From contig JAFGIX010000052.1 of NCBI GenBank assembly GCA_016929395.1, positions 7,151-71,150 of the forward strand: 64,000 bases of DNA. Direction: 5' to 3'. This document shows, one piece after another, positions 27,480 to 40,725 of this stretch. This stretch comes from Candidatus Zymogenus saltonus. GTDB lineage: Bacteria > Desulfobacterota > Zymogenia > Zymogenales > Zymogenaceae. The translations under genes were made by a program, and so were the position numbers. The stretch's first letter is position 1; each line of letters opens with the position of its first letter. The notes under the pieces are model-generated. The model saw nothing but the letters and a program-made list of their open reading frames with translations, was not told the DNA's origin and made no database searches.

Positions 27480-28351
27480 TGGCAAAGAGAAAGGCACTTG
27501 GGAAGGGACTCTCCGCGCTCATTCCGGACGCCGCACCGGTGGAAGAGTTCATCGAAAAGGGAGTGGGAAAGGTCACCCATGGAGATCTCTTTACGGTAAA
27601 GGTGGGGGACATTATCCCCAATCGTTATCAGCCCAGGAAGGACTTCGATGACGAAAAGATAGAGGAGCTTGCCGCCTCCGTCGAAGAGAATGGGATTATC
27701 CAACCCCTTATTGTCAGAAGCTCAGAAGACGGCTACGAGCTCATCGCCGGAGAGCGTAGGCTCAGGGCTGCAAAGAGGGCGGGCCTCGAGCGCGTTCCCG
27801 TGGTGATCAAGGATGTATCAGACTCCGAGATCCTACAGCTGGCATTAATCGAAAATATCCAGAGGGAAGACCTCAATCCGATCGAGGAGGCCAACGCCTA
27901 TCTTAGGCTGATCGAGGAATTCGATATTACCCAGGAGAATTTGGCCGGGCGCGTGGGCAAGGACAGGTCCACCATAGCAAACACCTTGAGGCTCCTTTCC
28001 CTTCCCGATGTCGTAAAGGAGGATGTGGCAAGGGGAGTCCTTTCCTCCGGTCACGCAAGGGCTTTACTTTCCCTAAACGACGAGAGGTCGATCCTCAAGG
28101 CGAGGGAAAGGGTCACGTCCAAGGGGATGTCCGTGAGGGAGACGGAGTCTTTGGTTAAGAGAATGAAAGAGGGCGAGCCTGAAAAATTGGCGAGGGAGGT
28201 AGATCACCTTCTCCTGGACATCGAAGACGAGCTTACCCGGACCCTCGGAACAAGAGTAAAGATCGTCTCCAGGGGAGCCGGCGGGAAGATAGAGATAGAG
28301 TATTATTCAGACCAGGAACTGGAGAGATTGACGGATATCTTGAAATCTTGA
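27479..28351 (+). CDS. parB: chromosome partitioning protein ParB/Spo0J
   Basis: ALGKGLSALI, NRYQPRK, IAGERRLRA, ENIQREDLNPIEEA and HTH. Confidence 0.96.
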   Translation: MAKRKALGKGLSALIPDAAPVEEFIEKGVGKVTHGDLFTVKVGDIIPNRYQPRKDFDDEKIEELAASVEENGIIQPLIVRSSEDGYELIAGERRLRAAKRAGLERVPVVIKDVSDSEILQLALIENIQREDLNPIEEANAYLRLIEEFDITQENLAGRVGKDRSTIANTLRLLSLPDVVKEDVARGVLSSGHARALLSLNDERSILKARERVTSKGMSVRETESLVKRMKEGEPEKLAREVDHLLLDIEDELTRTLGTRVKIVSRGAGGKIEIEYYSDQELERLTDILKS

Positions 28352-28472
28352 ACCGTTAAATGAACCTATTTTTTCGGTCTAATTCAGGTTTTCCGGCGGA
28401 ACGGTAAGGTGCGAATATATATTTTTTTTGTTCGGTTTTTTTATTTTAAAACTTCTGTTGGGGGATAATATC

Positions 28473-28952
28473 ATGTTTGGAAAAGTCAAGATCATCGGCG
28501 GCAAGAAACCGGAAAGCTTCGACAAGACATCCGAGCTTAACGCTTTTTTGGGGGAGGGAACTAGCTTCGAGGGATCCCTTTCCTTTGAGGGAACGGTAAG
28601 GGTGGAGGGAAAGCTTAAGGGCGATATCTTCGCAAAGGACATCCTTATCGTTGGGCACAACGGCAAGGTAGAGGGCGAGATCGAGGTCGACACGATTATC
28701 ATCAACGGCCTTGTAAAGGGAAATATCAGGGCCGCCAGAAGGGTGGAAATCTCACCGCCCGGGAGGTTCTACGGCGAGATCGAAACCCCCACTTTTGTCA
28801 TACACGAGGGGGGCATCTTTGAAGGCAACTGCAGGATGGAGCGGATAAAGGATGAGCTTACGGCGACCAAGTTTTCAACATCGCTGAGGGAGACGGGCCA
28901 CTACATGGTCAAGGAAGTAAACAAGAGTAACAGCGGCGGCTCCACCCACTGA
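28473..28952 (+). CDS. bactofilin (polymer-forming cytoskeletal protein)
   Basis: Beta-helix repeats LGEGTSFEGSLSFEGTVRVEG ... IHEGGIFEGNCRM. Confidence 0.9.
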   Translation: MFGKVKIIGGKKPESFDKTSELNAFLGEGTSFEGSLSFEGTVRVEGKLKGDIFAKDILIVGHNGKVEGEIEVDTIIINGLVKGNIRAARRVEISPPGRFYGEIETPTFVIHEGGIFEGNCRMERIKDELTATKFSTSLRETGHYMVKEVNKSNSGGSTH

Positions 28953-29012
28953 CGGTTGACTCAATCCCGTTCTATTTGCCCGTTATTTTTACTCTTTTTT
29001 TAAAAATTCCCC

Positions 29013-29041
29013 TTGACATAAAAAAGGGCATATGGTAAATT
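29013..29041 (+). promoter_or_regulatory. sigma70 promoter of the atp operon
   Basis: TTGACA-N17-TAAATT with extended TG. Confidence 0.6.
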
Positions 29042-29099
29042 CTCTGTTGAATGACTATTCATTCATTTATTGTAACCGTTTCTTTGGGTAATATAAAAA

Positions 29100-29525
29100 G
29101 TGCTGGAACTTAATTTCACATTCTTTATACAGATGATAAACTTCCTCGCCTTTGTCCTCGTGATAAACTGGCTCCTGGTAAAGCCTATACTTAGAGTCCT
29201 CGATGAAAGGAGGAACAGGGTAGAGGGAAACGAAGAAGAGTCGGAGCGCCTTCTGGCGGAGTCGGAAAGGATATTTAACGAGTACCAAACAGCCCTCAAA
29301 GAGGCAAGAATCGAAGCAAGCAGGGAGAAAGAGCGTTTGAGATCCGAAGGGATCGAAAGGGAATCCGAAATTATTAAGACAGCCAAAGAAGAGTCCAAGA
29401 ATATGACGGATAAGCTTAAAGAGGAGATCGCAAAGGAATCGGAAATGGCCTTAGCCAAGATGAAAAATGAAGCCGATGTCCTCTCTAAAGTGATCGCCGA
29501 GAAGATCCTCGAAAGGGAGATTTAA
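29100..29525 (+). CDS. atpF: ATP synthase F0 subunit b'
   Basis: N-terminal TM (QMINFL..KPILRVLDER) followed by coiled coil; first gene of the operon. Confidence 0.9.
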   Translation: MLELNFTFFIQMINFLAFVLVINWLLVKPILRVLDERRNRVEGNEEESERLLAESERIFNEYQTALKEARIEASREKERLRSEGIERESEIIKTAKEESKNMTDKLKEEIAKESEMALAKMKNEADVLSKVIAEKILEREI

Positions 29526-29526
29526 A

Positions 29527-30195
29527 ATGAACCTGAAGATAAAACTCACTCGCTCCCTTACCGTTCTGATAATCTTTGCAGTAGTCTCCATCTCCTTGGC
29601 CCTCTATACGACGCTTCTCGCCAACGGCGTGGTATCCATCGATGCCATGCAAAATGTCGCCTTCCTGAAAAAATTTGCCCTTTCGCTTGAAAGCGACATT
29701 AACAGATTCGAGGACTTCGCATGGAGAATAGCCAACTTCTCTATTTTGATCATCATATTGCACGTTGTCCTTACAGAAAAGATTATCGATTTCTTCTCGA
29801 ACAGAAAAAAGGCCATCCGCGAGGCCCTCGATGACGCGGCGGAATCCAAGATTAACGCCGAAAAGAGGTACCAAGAGATTACCGCAAAGTTTTCAAAGGT
29901 TAAGAAAGAGGTCGAAGAGCTCAGGACAACCTTTCTCGAAGAGGGGAAAAGGGAGCGTCAACGGCTGATTGAAACCGCCGCCAAGGAGGCGGAGAAGATT
30001 CGACTTATGGCCGAAAAGAGTATTGAACATGAGCTGATCATGGCAAAGCAGGCCATCAAGACCGAGACCGTTGATTTGGCCTTAAGTATCGCGGAACAGA
30101 TACTGAAAAAGAATATCAAGAAAAAAGACATCTCGAGAATGACCAACGAATATATTGAAAACACTATTAGTGAAAAGACTGCTAAACTGACATGA
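29527..30195 (+). CDS. atpF: ATP synthase F0 subunit b
   Basis: WRIANF TM plus coiled coil, with an N-terminal extension. Confidence 0.85.
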   Translation: MNLKIKLTRSLTVLIIFAVVSISLALYTTLLANGVVSIDAMQNVAFLKKFALSLESDINRFEDFAWRIANFSILIIILHVVLTEKIIDFFSNRKKAIREALDDAAESKINAEKRYQEITAKFSKVKKEVEELRTTFLEEGKRERQRLIETAAKEAEKIRLMAEKSIEHELIMAKQAIKTETVDLALSIAEQILKKNIKKKDISRMTNEYIENTISEKTAKLT

Positions 30196-30743
30196 TTCAA
30201 AAAACCGTTGCAAGAAAGTACGCACGAGCCCTGATGGAGCTTGCCAAGGAAGACAACAAAAAGGAGCAATACGGAAAGGAGATATCCTCTTTTTTCACCA
30301 TGCTTAAAAGTGACAAAATGCTCTGGAGTTTTTTTGTCGGGCCTTCGGAATCTCTGGAGAACAAAAGGGCCGCCCTTGAGGAGATTTTGCCGAAATTTAA
30401 ATTTTCAAATGTGGTGCAGAATTTCATCCGTCTGATCTTTGAAAAGGAAAGGCTCTCATTCTTGGGGGATATAGTTGAAATCTACAACACCCTTTTGGAT
30501 GAGGCGGAGGGAAGGGTCAGGGCAAGGATAATAAGCGCCTCCCCCCTGACCAAGGCGGATTTAAATAAAATTGTAAAGGGACTCTCGGCCGCTATCGGCA
30601 AAGAGATAGTCGCCGACGTCAGTCTCGATCCTGAAATAATCGGTGGTATTATCGCCCATGTGGGTGGATTGGTCTTTGACGGAAGTATAAAGACCCAGCT
30701 GAACAATATTGGTTATAATCTTAAGAAGGAATACGTTAATTGA
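30192..30743 (+). CDS. atpH: ATP synthase F1 subunit delta
   Basis: [17 protein letters not shown] and DGSIKTQL. Confidence 0.95.
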   Translation: MIQKTVARKYARALMELAKEDNKKEQYGKEISSFFTMLKSDKMLWSFFVGPSESLENKRAALEEILPKFKFSNVVQNFIRLIFEKERLSFLGDIVEIYNTLLDEAEGRVRARIISASPLTKADLNKIVKGLSAAIGKEIVADVSLDPEIIGGIIAHVGGLVFDGSIKTQLNNIGYNLKKEYVN

Positions 30744-30744
30744 T

Positions 30745-32253
30745 ATGGAAATCAAAGCCGAAGAGATAAGCAGTATTTTAAAGAAGCAGATTCGAGACTA
30801 CGAAAAGAAACTCGAAATCTCTGAAACCGGTACCATCCTCTATGTCGGCGACGGCATCGCCAGGATTCACGGCCTCGAAAACGCCATGGCCGGCGAGCTT
30901 TTGGAGTTTCCGGGGGAACTTACCGGTATTGTTCTAAACCTCGAGGAAGACAATGTGGGCGCGGCTATATTCGGTGAGGGTTGGCACATAAAGGAGGGTG
31001 ATATAGTAAAGAGGACCGGCCGTATCGCCGAGGTCCCAGTGGGAGAGGAGCTCCTGGGCAGGGTCGTCAACGCCCTCGGTCAACCGATCGACGGAAAGGG
31101 CCCCATAAAAACCAAGAACTTCTTCCCCATCGAGGTCAAGGCCCCCGGCATCGTATATCGCCAGCCGGTAAAGGAGCCCCTCCAGACGGGAATCAAGGCC
31201 ATCGACTCAATGACACCCATCGGGAGGGGACAGAGGGAGTTGATCATCGGCGATCGCCAAACGGGAAAGACCGCCATTGCCTTGGACACCATCTTGAATC
31301 AGCGGGATACGGACGTTGTCTCTATCTACGTGGCCATCGGTCAGAAGCGCTCCACGGTCGCCCGGGTGGTGGACATCTTGAACAAATTCGGCGCCATGGA
31401 TAAAACCATTGTCGTGGCTGTGACCGCATCTGAACCCGCACCGCTCCAATTTATTGCGCCTTACTCCGGCGTCACCATGGGCGAGTATTTTAGAGACAAC
31501 GAGAGTCACGCCCTTATAATCTACGACGACCTTTCAAAGCACGCAATGGCGTATCGTCAGCTCTCGCTCCTACTGAGGAGGCCCCCGGGAAGAGAGGCGT
31601 ATCCTGGGGACGTCTTTTACCTCCATTCGAGGCTCCTGGAGAGGTCGGCCAAGCTTTCGGACGACAAGGGGGGTGGATCGTTAACCGCCCTTCCCATAAT
31701 CGAGACCCAGGCGGGAGACGTCTCCGCGTATATCCCGACGAATGTAATCTCCATCACCGACGGCCAAATATTCCTCGAATCCGACCTTTTCTACTCGGGT
31801 GTTAGACCGGCCATCAACGTGGGACTTTCCGTCTCCAGGGTCGGCGGCAGCGCCCAGATAAAGGGGATGAAGCAGGTGGCCGGCTCACTGAGGCTCGACC
31901 TCGCCCAGTACAGGGAGATGGCCGCATTTGCCCAGTTCGGCTCCGACCTAGACAAGGCGACCCAGGCCCAGCTCTCCCGGGGAAGCAGGCTCGTTGAAAT
32001 TTTGAAACAGCCCCAATACAAGCCTCTGCCCGTGGAAAAACAGGTCCTTATCATATTTGCCGCCACAAACGGCTTCGTGGACGAATACCCGGAAGATGTT
32101 TTAAAAAAGTATGAGGAAGACCTTTATCTCTTTATGGAGACCAAAAATCCCGAGGTATTAAAGGAGATAAAGGAAAAGGGAGCGCTCACGAGCGAGCTCG
32201 AAAGGCAGCTCTCCAAGATAATCACCGATTTCAAAAAGAATTTTATAGTCTAA
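30745..32253 (+). CDS. atpA: ATP synthase F1 subunit alpha
   Basis: [16 protein letters not shown] and [15 protein letters not shown]; start at MEIKAEE. Confidence 0.98.
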   Translation: MEIKAEEISSILKKQIRDYEKKLEISETGTILYVGDGIARIHGLENAMAGELLEFPGELTGIVLNLEEDNVGAAIFGEGWHIKEGDIVKRTGRIAEVPVGEELLGRVVNALGQPIDGKGPIKTKNFFPIEVKAPGIVYRQPVKEPLQTGIKAIDSMTPIGRGQRELIIGDRQTGKTAIALDTILNQRDTDVVSIYVAIGQKRSTVARVVDILNKFGAMDKTIVVAVTASEPAPLQFIAPYSGVTMGEYFRDNESHALIIYDDLSKHAMAYRQLSLLLRRPPGREAYPGDVFYLHSRLLERSAKLSDDKGGGSLTALPIIETQAGDVSAYIPTNVISITDGQIFLESDLFYSGVRPAINVGLSVSRVGGSAQIKGMKQVAGSLRLDLAQYREMAAFAQFGSDLDKATQAQLSRGSRLVEILKQPQYKPLPVEKQVLIIFAATNGFVDEYPEDVLKKYEEDLYLFMETKNPEVLKEIKEKGALTSELERQLSKIITDFKKNFIV

Positions 32254-32316
32254 TTTTACCAATTAAGCTTGGCAGAAATTTGAAAAGCTATTTAAAAGAA
32301 ATATAACGGCAACCCT

Positions 32317-33177
32317 ATGGCGAATCTCAAAGACATACGAAAACGAATCCTATCTGTAAAAAGCACCCAGCAGATCACGAGCGCCATGAAGATGGTCGCC
32401 GCCGCAAAGCTCAAAAAGGCTCAGGATAGGATAGAGAAGGCAAGACCCTACGCCGATAAGATGATGGAGGTGCTGGCGAGCATCGCGCTGAGAACCAGCC
32501 CGGATGCTCATCCCCTCCTGAAGAAAAGACCCGCGGAGAAGGTGATGCTTGTCATCCTGACCTCCGATAAGGGACTCTGTGGAGCCTTCAACCAGAATAT
32601 CATCAAATCGACCGAGCTGTTCGTCAGGGAGAACAGGAAGAGATATTCCGATATTCAATTTACGATCATCGGTAAAAAAGGATACGACTACTTCAAAAAA
32701 AGAGACATTCAAATATACAGAGACTTCGTGGGATTTTCGGGAAACGTCGATTTCGAGCTGGCGGGCAATATCTCCTCCGATATAAAGACCAGGTTTCTGT
32801 CGGGTATGGTCGACGAAATATACCTAATGTACAACAGGTTCCTTTCCGTAATGAGCCAGAAGATCGTCTTCGATCGGATCATCCCTATCGTCCCCCTTAA
32901 GGTGCCCGATGGTGAGTTGGCCCTCGAACATATCTTCGAGCCTTCCGAAACGGAGATATTGGACGATATCTTGGCGAAAAACATCGTGATTCAGGTTTTC
33001 AGGGCCCTCCTTGAATCGGAGGCCTCCGAGCTGGGAGCAAGGATGACCGCAATGGACAGCGCCACATCCAACGCCGATGAGATGATCGAAAAGCTTACCT
33101 TAAAGTACAATCGCGCCCGCCAGGAGACTATTACCAAAGAGCTTATTGAGATTGTAGGGGGGGCTGAGGCGCTTTAA
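32317..33177 (+). CDS. atpG: ATP synthase F1 subunit gamma
   Basis: ITSAMKMVAAAK, SDKGLCGAFN, ARMTAMDSA and RQETITKEL. Confidence 0.98.
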   Translation: MANLKDIRKRILSVKSTQQITSAMKMVAAAKLKKAQDRIEKARPYADKMMEVLASIALRTSPDAHPLLKKRPAEKVMLVILTSDKGLCGAFNQNIIKSTELFVRENRKRYSDIQFTIIGKKGYDYFKKRDIQIYRDFVGFSGNVDFELAGNISSDIKTRFLSGMVDEIYLMYNRFLSVMSQKIVFDRIIPIVPLKVPDGELALEHIFEPSETEILDDILAKNIVIQVFRALLESEASELGARMTAMDSATSNADEMIEKLTLKYNRARQETITKELIEIVGGAEAL

Positions 33178-33472
33178 ACTTTTAGGAAACCCGAACTTTC
33201 GGGTACAAGAGATCTTTTTGGCTTAATCGTTGTCGGGAATCATGAAGAGAGGTTAATATAATCATTTAACGATAAAGTGGTGCAAACCGGTTTTAATGGG
33301 GCTTCGAAAGGCAACTTAAATGTATTTTTGGTTATATAACTTTTTATCCAAAAGTAAAGGAAGCTTTTTCCTCCACTAAAAAGTTGTTCGGTGCTTTTTT
33401 AGGATTTGAAATTTGTGCTGTTTTCTTATATTGTTTTCAAATTCTTTTGCATATTCAAGTTACGTTGGCTAA

Positions 33473-34894
<1,422 letters not shown>

Positions 34895-34913
34895 TCCCAG
34901 CCTCCAAAAGAGG

Positions 34914-35101
34914 GGAGGCAGGGACTAATACATGGGGGGGAGGTTCTAATAAAAGGGGGGTAGGGGCTGATAGAAGGAGGGCAGGGTTTGATACATGGAG
35001 GGGCAGGATTTTATACAAGTGGGAGAGTTGATGTGAGAGGTGCGTGGTCTGATGCGATAGGGCAATGTCTGATGGAAGGGGGCAGGGTCTGATAGAAGGG
35101 A
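34914..35101 (+). repeat. degenerate tandem repeat of about 20 bp, about 9 copies, consensus GGRGGGCAGGGTCTGATAGAA
   Basis: Units such as GGAGGCAGGGACTAATACAT, GGAGGGCAGGGTTTGATACAT and GGGGGCAGGGTCTGATAGAA abut with no spacers. Confidence 0.75.
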
Positions 35102-35157
35102 AGGCTTTTTAACTACTAATTGGATATTTATCCTAAACCCTTAGGGGAAAAAAAGAG

Positions 35158-35568
35158 ATGGGAATCCAACTTGATATAATTACTCCTGACAGGATCGTCG
35201 CCAGCGAGGAGGTGGATAAAGTCGTATGCCCGGGTATCGACGGGGAGTTCGGAGTGCTTCCGGGCCACGTCGGTTTGATGACGAAGCTCAGGATCGGCGA
35301 GGTCAATTATTACGGAATCGACACCAAAAGGGAACACTATCTGGTGGTAACCACCGGCTACGTCGAAGTAACAAAAGACAAGGTAACTATCCTCCCCGAT
35401 TGGTGCATAAGATCAAGGGATATAGACAAAGTCCAGACGGAAATCGACCTCAACAAGGCCGAGGATATAATAAATAACGCCGAAAAGGAAACCGAGGAGT
35501 ATATTAAGGCGAAGGATGATTATCTCCTTGCCAAGGCCATCCTAAAACTCTGGGATAAGATAGGATAA
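35158..35568 (+). CDS. atpC: ATP synthase F1 subunit epsilon
   Basis: IITPDR, GEFGVLPGH and GYVEV; last gene of the operon. Confidence 0.93.
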   Translation: MGIQLDIITPDRIVASEEVDKVVCPGIDGEFGVLPGHVGLMTKLRIGEVNYYGIDTKREHYLVVTTGYVEVTKDKVTILPDWCIRSRDIDKVQTEIDLNKAEDIINNAEKETEEYIKAKDDYLLAKAILKLWDKIG

Positions 35569-36068
35569 GGGCCGCCCCTGTCGGCAAGCGAACGATATAT
35601 GGGAGACATGGGGGGAAGAAGGGGCAGGGAGAAATACGATTGGGCACGTAGGGTATGATGGGGCAAGGAGAATACGATAATAAACAGTAGATGCTTAACC
35701 TCATCCCTTTTTTCTTATCTAAATACTTTTTTCACAATAATTCCCTAAATCTATATCCCCGACCTTTGAATTTAACCTCGGTTCACGATGTAGACACGCC
35801 ACCCAATTTTACCAACATCGCGGCTTTCACCATTTATCTGAAAATCCCTCTTCTACCATGTAATCCACTGCCGCCGCCGAAAAGGGCCGCTGTCCTTAGT
35901 TCAATTGATCCTTCCTGAAGTACTTCTTATTCCCTCGTACTCTAAAGCCCTGATCGCTGCTTAGTTTTTTGCTGGGCAGGGCCCTATTTGTACTTTAAAC
36001 AGAGGGCCTCTCTTTTCGGCCGATGATTTTTGGCCGTTCCGTCCGGTACAATGGAAACCTTCCACCGA

Positions 36069-37592
<1,524 letters not shown>

Positions 37593-37601
37593 AAGTGTGG
37601 A

Positions 37602-38063
37602 TTAAAAATTCCCTGCCATGTGAAGAAAGGCCTTGATCTTCTCGTTGGTCTCCCTCAGACGTGAGGAAAAGGTTCTTACAAAGGCCCACAAAATCTTGTA
37701 CGCTATGTCCTTGTCAAAAAAGAGGAGGTCGTCGAAGTCCTTCTTCGAAATCACGAGAAGCTCGGTATCTTCGTGTACTATCAGATCGGCGGACCTCGGG
37801 GCGTCATCTATAAGGGCCATCTCACCGAAGTACTCCCCCTTTTCGAGGATTGTCAACGCCTCCTCTCCTGCCCCGCCTATGGCCTGGCTCACCCTGACGG
37901 AACCGGTGCGTATGATATAGAATTTATCACCCTTGTCCCCTTCCTTAAACAGGGCGTGGTCCTTCGGGAATTTTTCCTCCGACACTATCCCTGCAACCTT
38001 TGTGAGCTCTTCGTCGTTAAGGTCTTCAAACAGATAAATACTCTTAAGAATCTCTGCTTCCAT
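37602..38063 (-). CDS. stand-alone cyclic nucleotide-binding domain protein
   Basis: LFKEGD and FGEMALID..PRSA phosphate-binding cassette; no HTH. Confidence 0.9.
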   Translation of the reverse strand: MEAEILKSIYLFEDLNDEELTKVAGIVSEEKFPKDHALFKEGDKGDKFYIIRTGSVRVSQAIGGAGEEALTILEKGEYFGEMALIDDAPRSADLIVHEDTELLVISKKDFDDLLFFDKDIAYKILWAFVRTFSSRLRETNEKIKAFLHMAGNF

Positions 38064-38207
38064 TCAAACACCTCATAATTACAAATAACGTATATCAGAG
38101 ACTTGCCCTTAATACAATGTAAAAAAACGGCTTTTGCATAAAAAATGGTGGCGACGAAGATAAAATTTTGACTTTACACCAACTTTTTCCTCTGTTATAT
38201 TTGTTTT

Positions 38208-38804
38208 ATGGAACCGATGGAGCAAATCAGACTCTTGGAGGCAAAGCTCGCGGATCTCAAGGTGGAATACGACAAGTACTTTTCCGGCGTTGAGAAGATT
38301 GAGCCCACCAAGCTCAAAGGCGAGGTCCAGAAAATCGTCCGGCGCCTGAGCACCCTCTACATCAACAACACTGCAATTCGGTTCAGGAAAGACAACATAA
38401 TTGCCCAATACAACTCCTACAACCAGTACTGGAACAGGATATTGAGGCAGATCGAAGAGGGGACCTATGTTAGGGACATCTTCAAGGCGGACTACAGGGA
38501 CAGGTTAAAATCGATTAACTCCCAGACAGGCCGCCCCCCCTCCGAAGGGGGCGGGATGCCGGGGGGAAGAGCGGCCCGACCGTCCGGTTCAGGACCGAGG
38601 GAGTTCGAGGGCGTATTCTCAAGCCTCATAAAAACGAAAGAGAGGCTCGGGGAATCCACCGTCAACATCGACTACAACGTCCTCTCGTCAAACCTGAAGA
38701 AGCAGTCCGACGCGATAATGAAGAAGTACAAGGTCTCCCGGGTTGATTTCACCGTGGAGGAAAAAGACGGCAAGGCGATTATAAAGGCGCTTCCCAAGAA
38801 ATAG
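38208..38804 (+). CDS. MXAN_5187 C-terminal-domain-like protein
   Basis: LKVEYDKYF.G.E..EP, RF......YN.Y..YWNRILRQIEEG pattern and C-terminal VDFTVEEKDGKAIIKA. Confidence 0.7.
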   Translation: MEPMEQIRLLEAKLADLKVEYDKYFSGVEKIEPTKLKGEVQKIVRRLSTLYINNTAIRFRKDNIIAQYNSYNQYWNRILRQIEEGTYVRDIFKADYRDRLKSINSQTGRPPSEGGGMPGGRAARPSGSGPREFEGVFSSLIKTKERLGESTVNIDYNVLSSNLKKQSDAIMKKYKVSRVDFTVEEKDGKAIIKALPKK

Positions 38805-39432
38805 TATTATTTCCTCCCCCCCTTTCCCTCTTTGTCTCTTTCCCTCTTCGGCTCTCCCTTTTATATATTATCCTCTGACTCTCACTTTTTTATAAGCTTA
38901 AAGGACATTCCGCATCCCACCTGCTATTTCAGGTCGCATCCTTTCGTGCTTCCACCCGTCGTGGGCTGTTGTTTCCGAGATACAACTGCGTTTTCCCAAT
39001 CCGTTTACGGCCCGAAACCGCATCCCCTCGGCTCAAAACACTTATTGCCCCGCCTTATCCCGCAGTTCACCGCCCCCCCAAACACTAACCAATCCACGGA
39101 CCCACCGACCTTCATGTACTTTAACTGTCTAAAAAAATGTGTAATCTATCTTCTCTCATCCCCATTGAAACCGAGAAACATCGAAGCCTTTTTTTAGCTA
39201 AATTTTATTTCCCGGCCGTCGTCTGAAACTGAAATCTCGATATATAAAAACAGGTGTTTCCTTAAAAATACAGCATAATTAGACATTTTTCTTTTCACAT
39301 GTATTAATATCGGCCGCCGACCATAACGATTTTCAGCGACCCGACACCACAAATATGACCGCGAGCAAGGGACCCGAATTAGTATCTACAATAGCATTAC
39401 GTCCCGGCTAAAAAAATTTTTCCAACCCCCGT

Positions 39433-40578
39433 TTACGACAGGTGAATCGTCCTGTCCTTCCAGACTATCCCCTGCTTGCTCATCACAACGAGCATCGCCC
39501 TTATGAACATCCCGACCCAGATGAGGGCTCCCAGTGGTAGAAATATTGCCTCGCCGAAGGTCAGTCCGAAGTTGCCCACGGCGGTCACAAACATGATGAT
39601 TCCGAGCAGTATTTGTACTATCGGGGCGATAAGCTGGAGCCCCGAAAAATCCGCCGTGAAGGGGAGCACCAGGATTTTAATTGCCGGATAGACGAAAATG
39701 GCGAAATAGAGAAGGGCAAGGAGCATCGACGCGATGATCGATCTGTTCGCCATCGAGTACAGGTATCTGGTAAGCCCCTCCCAGAGCTCGGGTGGCTTGC
39801 CGTGAACCTTCGCCTTCGCCAGGGATGCCCCGGAGAGGAGGCGTATCTTCCCCCCTTTTTTCTTCATGGCCCTGGCCAGCGCCACTCCTTCCCTTATACT
39901 CTCGCTCCCGGAGCTATGCCCGCCTATCTTCTTGTATGCCTCCCTTTCTATCATCATGCACTGTCCGTGGGCGTAGGCGGCAAGGGGCTCCCAGGGCCAA
40001 TCCATGGCGTAGGAGGGAAAGAGCAGAAAGAGGTGAAAATATTTAAAGGGCGCTAAAATTCCCTCGATAAATCCTTCTTTTGTCTGAAAGGGGATCATAG
40101 AGACTATCCCAGCGCTCCTCTTTTTCGCCGCGGACACCATCATCGACAGCGCCTTCCTGTTCAAGACCACGTCCGCGTCCATGAAGAGGAGGTATTTCCC
40201 CCGGGAGACCTGGGCAGCCTGAAAGGAGGCGTAAGGCTTTCCAATCCAGTGGGGGGCGATCTCCCTCCCCCGTGCCAGCCTGAATCGGTCATTCCTTGAG
40301 GCGATCTCGTTTGCCAGCTGGAGGGTTTTATCGGTGGAGGCGTCGTCCACGACGATTACCTCGAATCGGGGGTGATCCTGGGCCGCCAGTGCGTTGAGAC
40401 ACGCCTTTATATTTTTTGCCTCGTTCCTCGTCGGGATAAGGACCGAGACCGAGGGCAAGGCGTCCCTCCCGAGGTTTTCCTCGGGCTCCTTAATCCTCAT
40501 CTTATTCATTATGACGTTTACGAAGAGCAATACGGTCAAGACAATGAGTAATAAATCCAAAAATGATGCATATTCCAT
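39433..40578 (-). CDS. glycosyltransferase family 2 membrane protein
   Basis: VSVLIPTRNE, VVDDASTD, WIGK, LFMDAD and C-terminal TMs ending WKDR. Confidence 0.85.
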   Translation of the reverse strand: MEYASFLDLLLIVLTVLLFVNVIMNKMRIKEPEENLGRDALPSVSVLIPTRNEAKNIKACLNALAAQDHPRFEVIVVDDASTDKTLQLANEIASRNDRFRLARGREIAPHWIGKPYASFQAAQVSRGKYLLFMDADVVLNRKALSMMVSAAKKRSAGIVSMIPFQTKEGFIEGILAPFKYFHLFLLFPSYAMDWPWEPLAAYAHGQCMMIEREAYKKIGGHSSGSESIREGVALARAMKKKGGKIRLLSGASLAKAKVHGKPPELWEGLTRYLYSMANRSIIASMLLALLYFAIFVYPAIKILVLPFTADFSGLQLIAPIVQILLGIIMFVTAVGNFGLTFGEAIFLPLGALIWVGMFIRAMLVVMSKQGIVWKDRTIHLS

Positions 40579-40725
40579 ATTAATCCCCGGAATTTCCCTT
40601 TTTTACTATTTTTCTCAATAATAACCCAAAGAGGTGTTTTCGGTCAACTCTTTTTAATCTGAAACGCCTTCTCACCCCGCCGTTTTCGAAGTTTTCAGCG
40701 ATGTCTTGAGGCACAAATTTTTGAT

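Noticed and set aside
34914..35101. Possible CRISPR array
   Set aside because: Units are degenerate, abutting and spacer-less; no cas genes in the window
38832..39197. 121-aa intergenic ORF (also 35691-35918 and 48666-48854)
   Set aside because: Low-complexity, no RBS or motifs; likely non-coding
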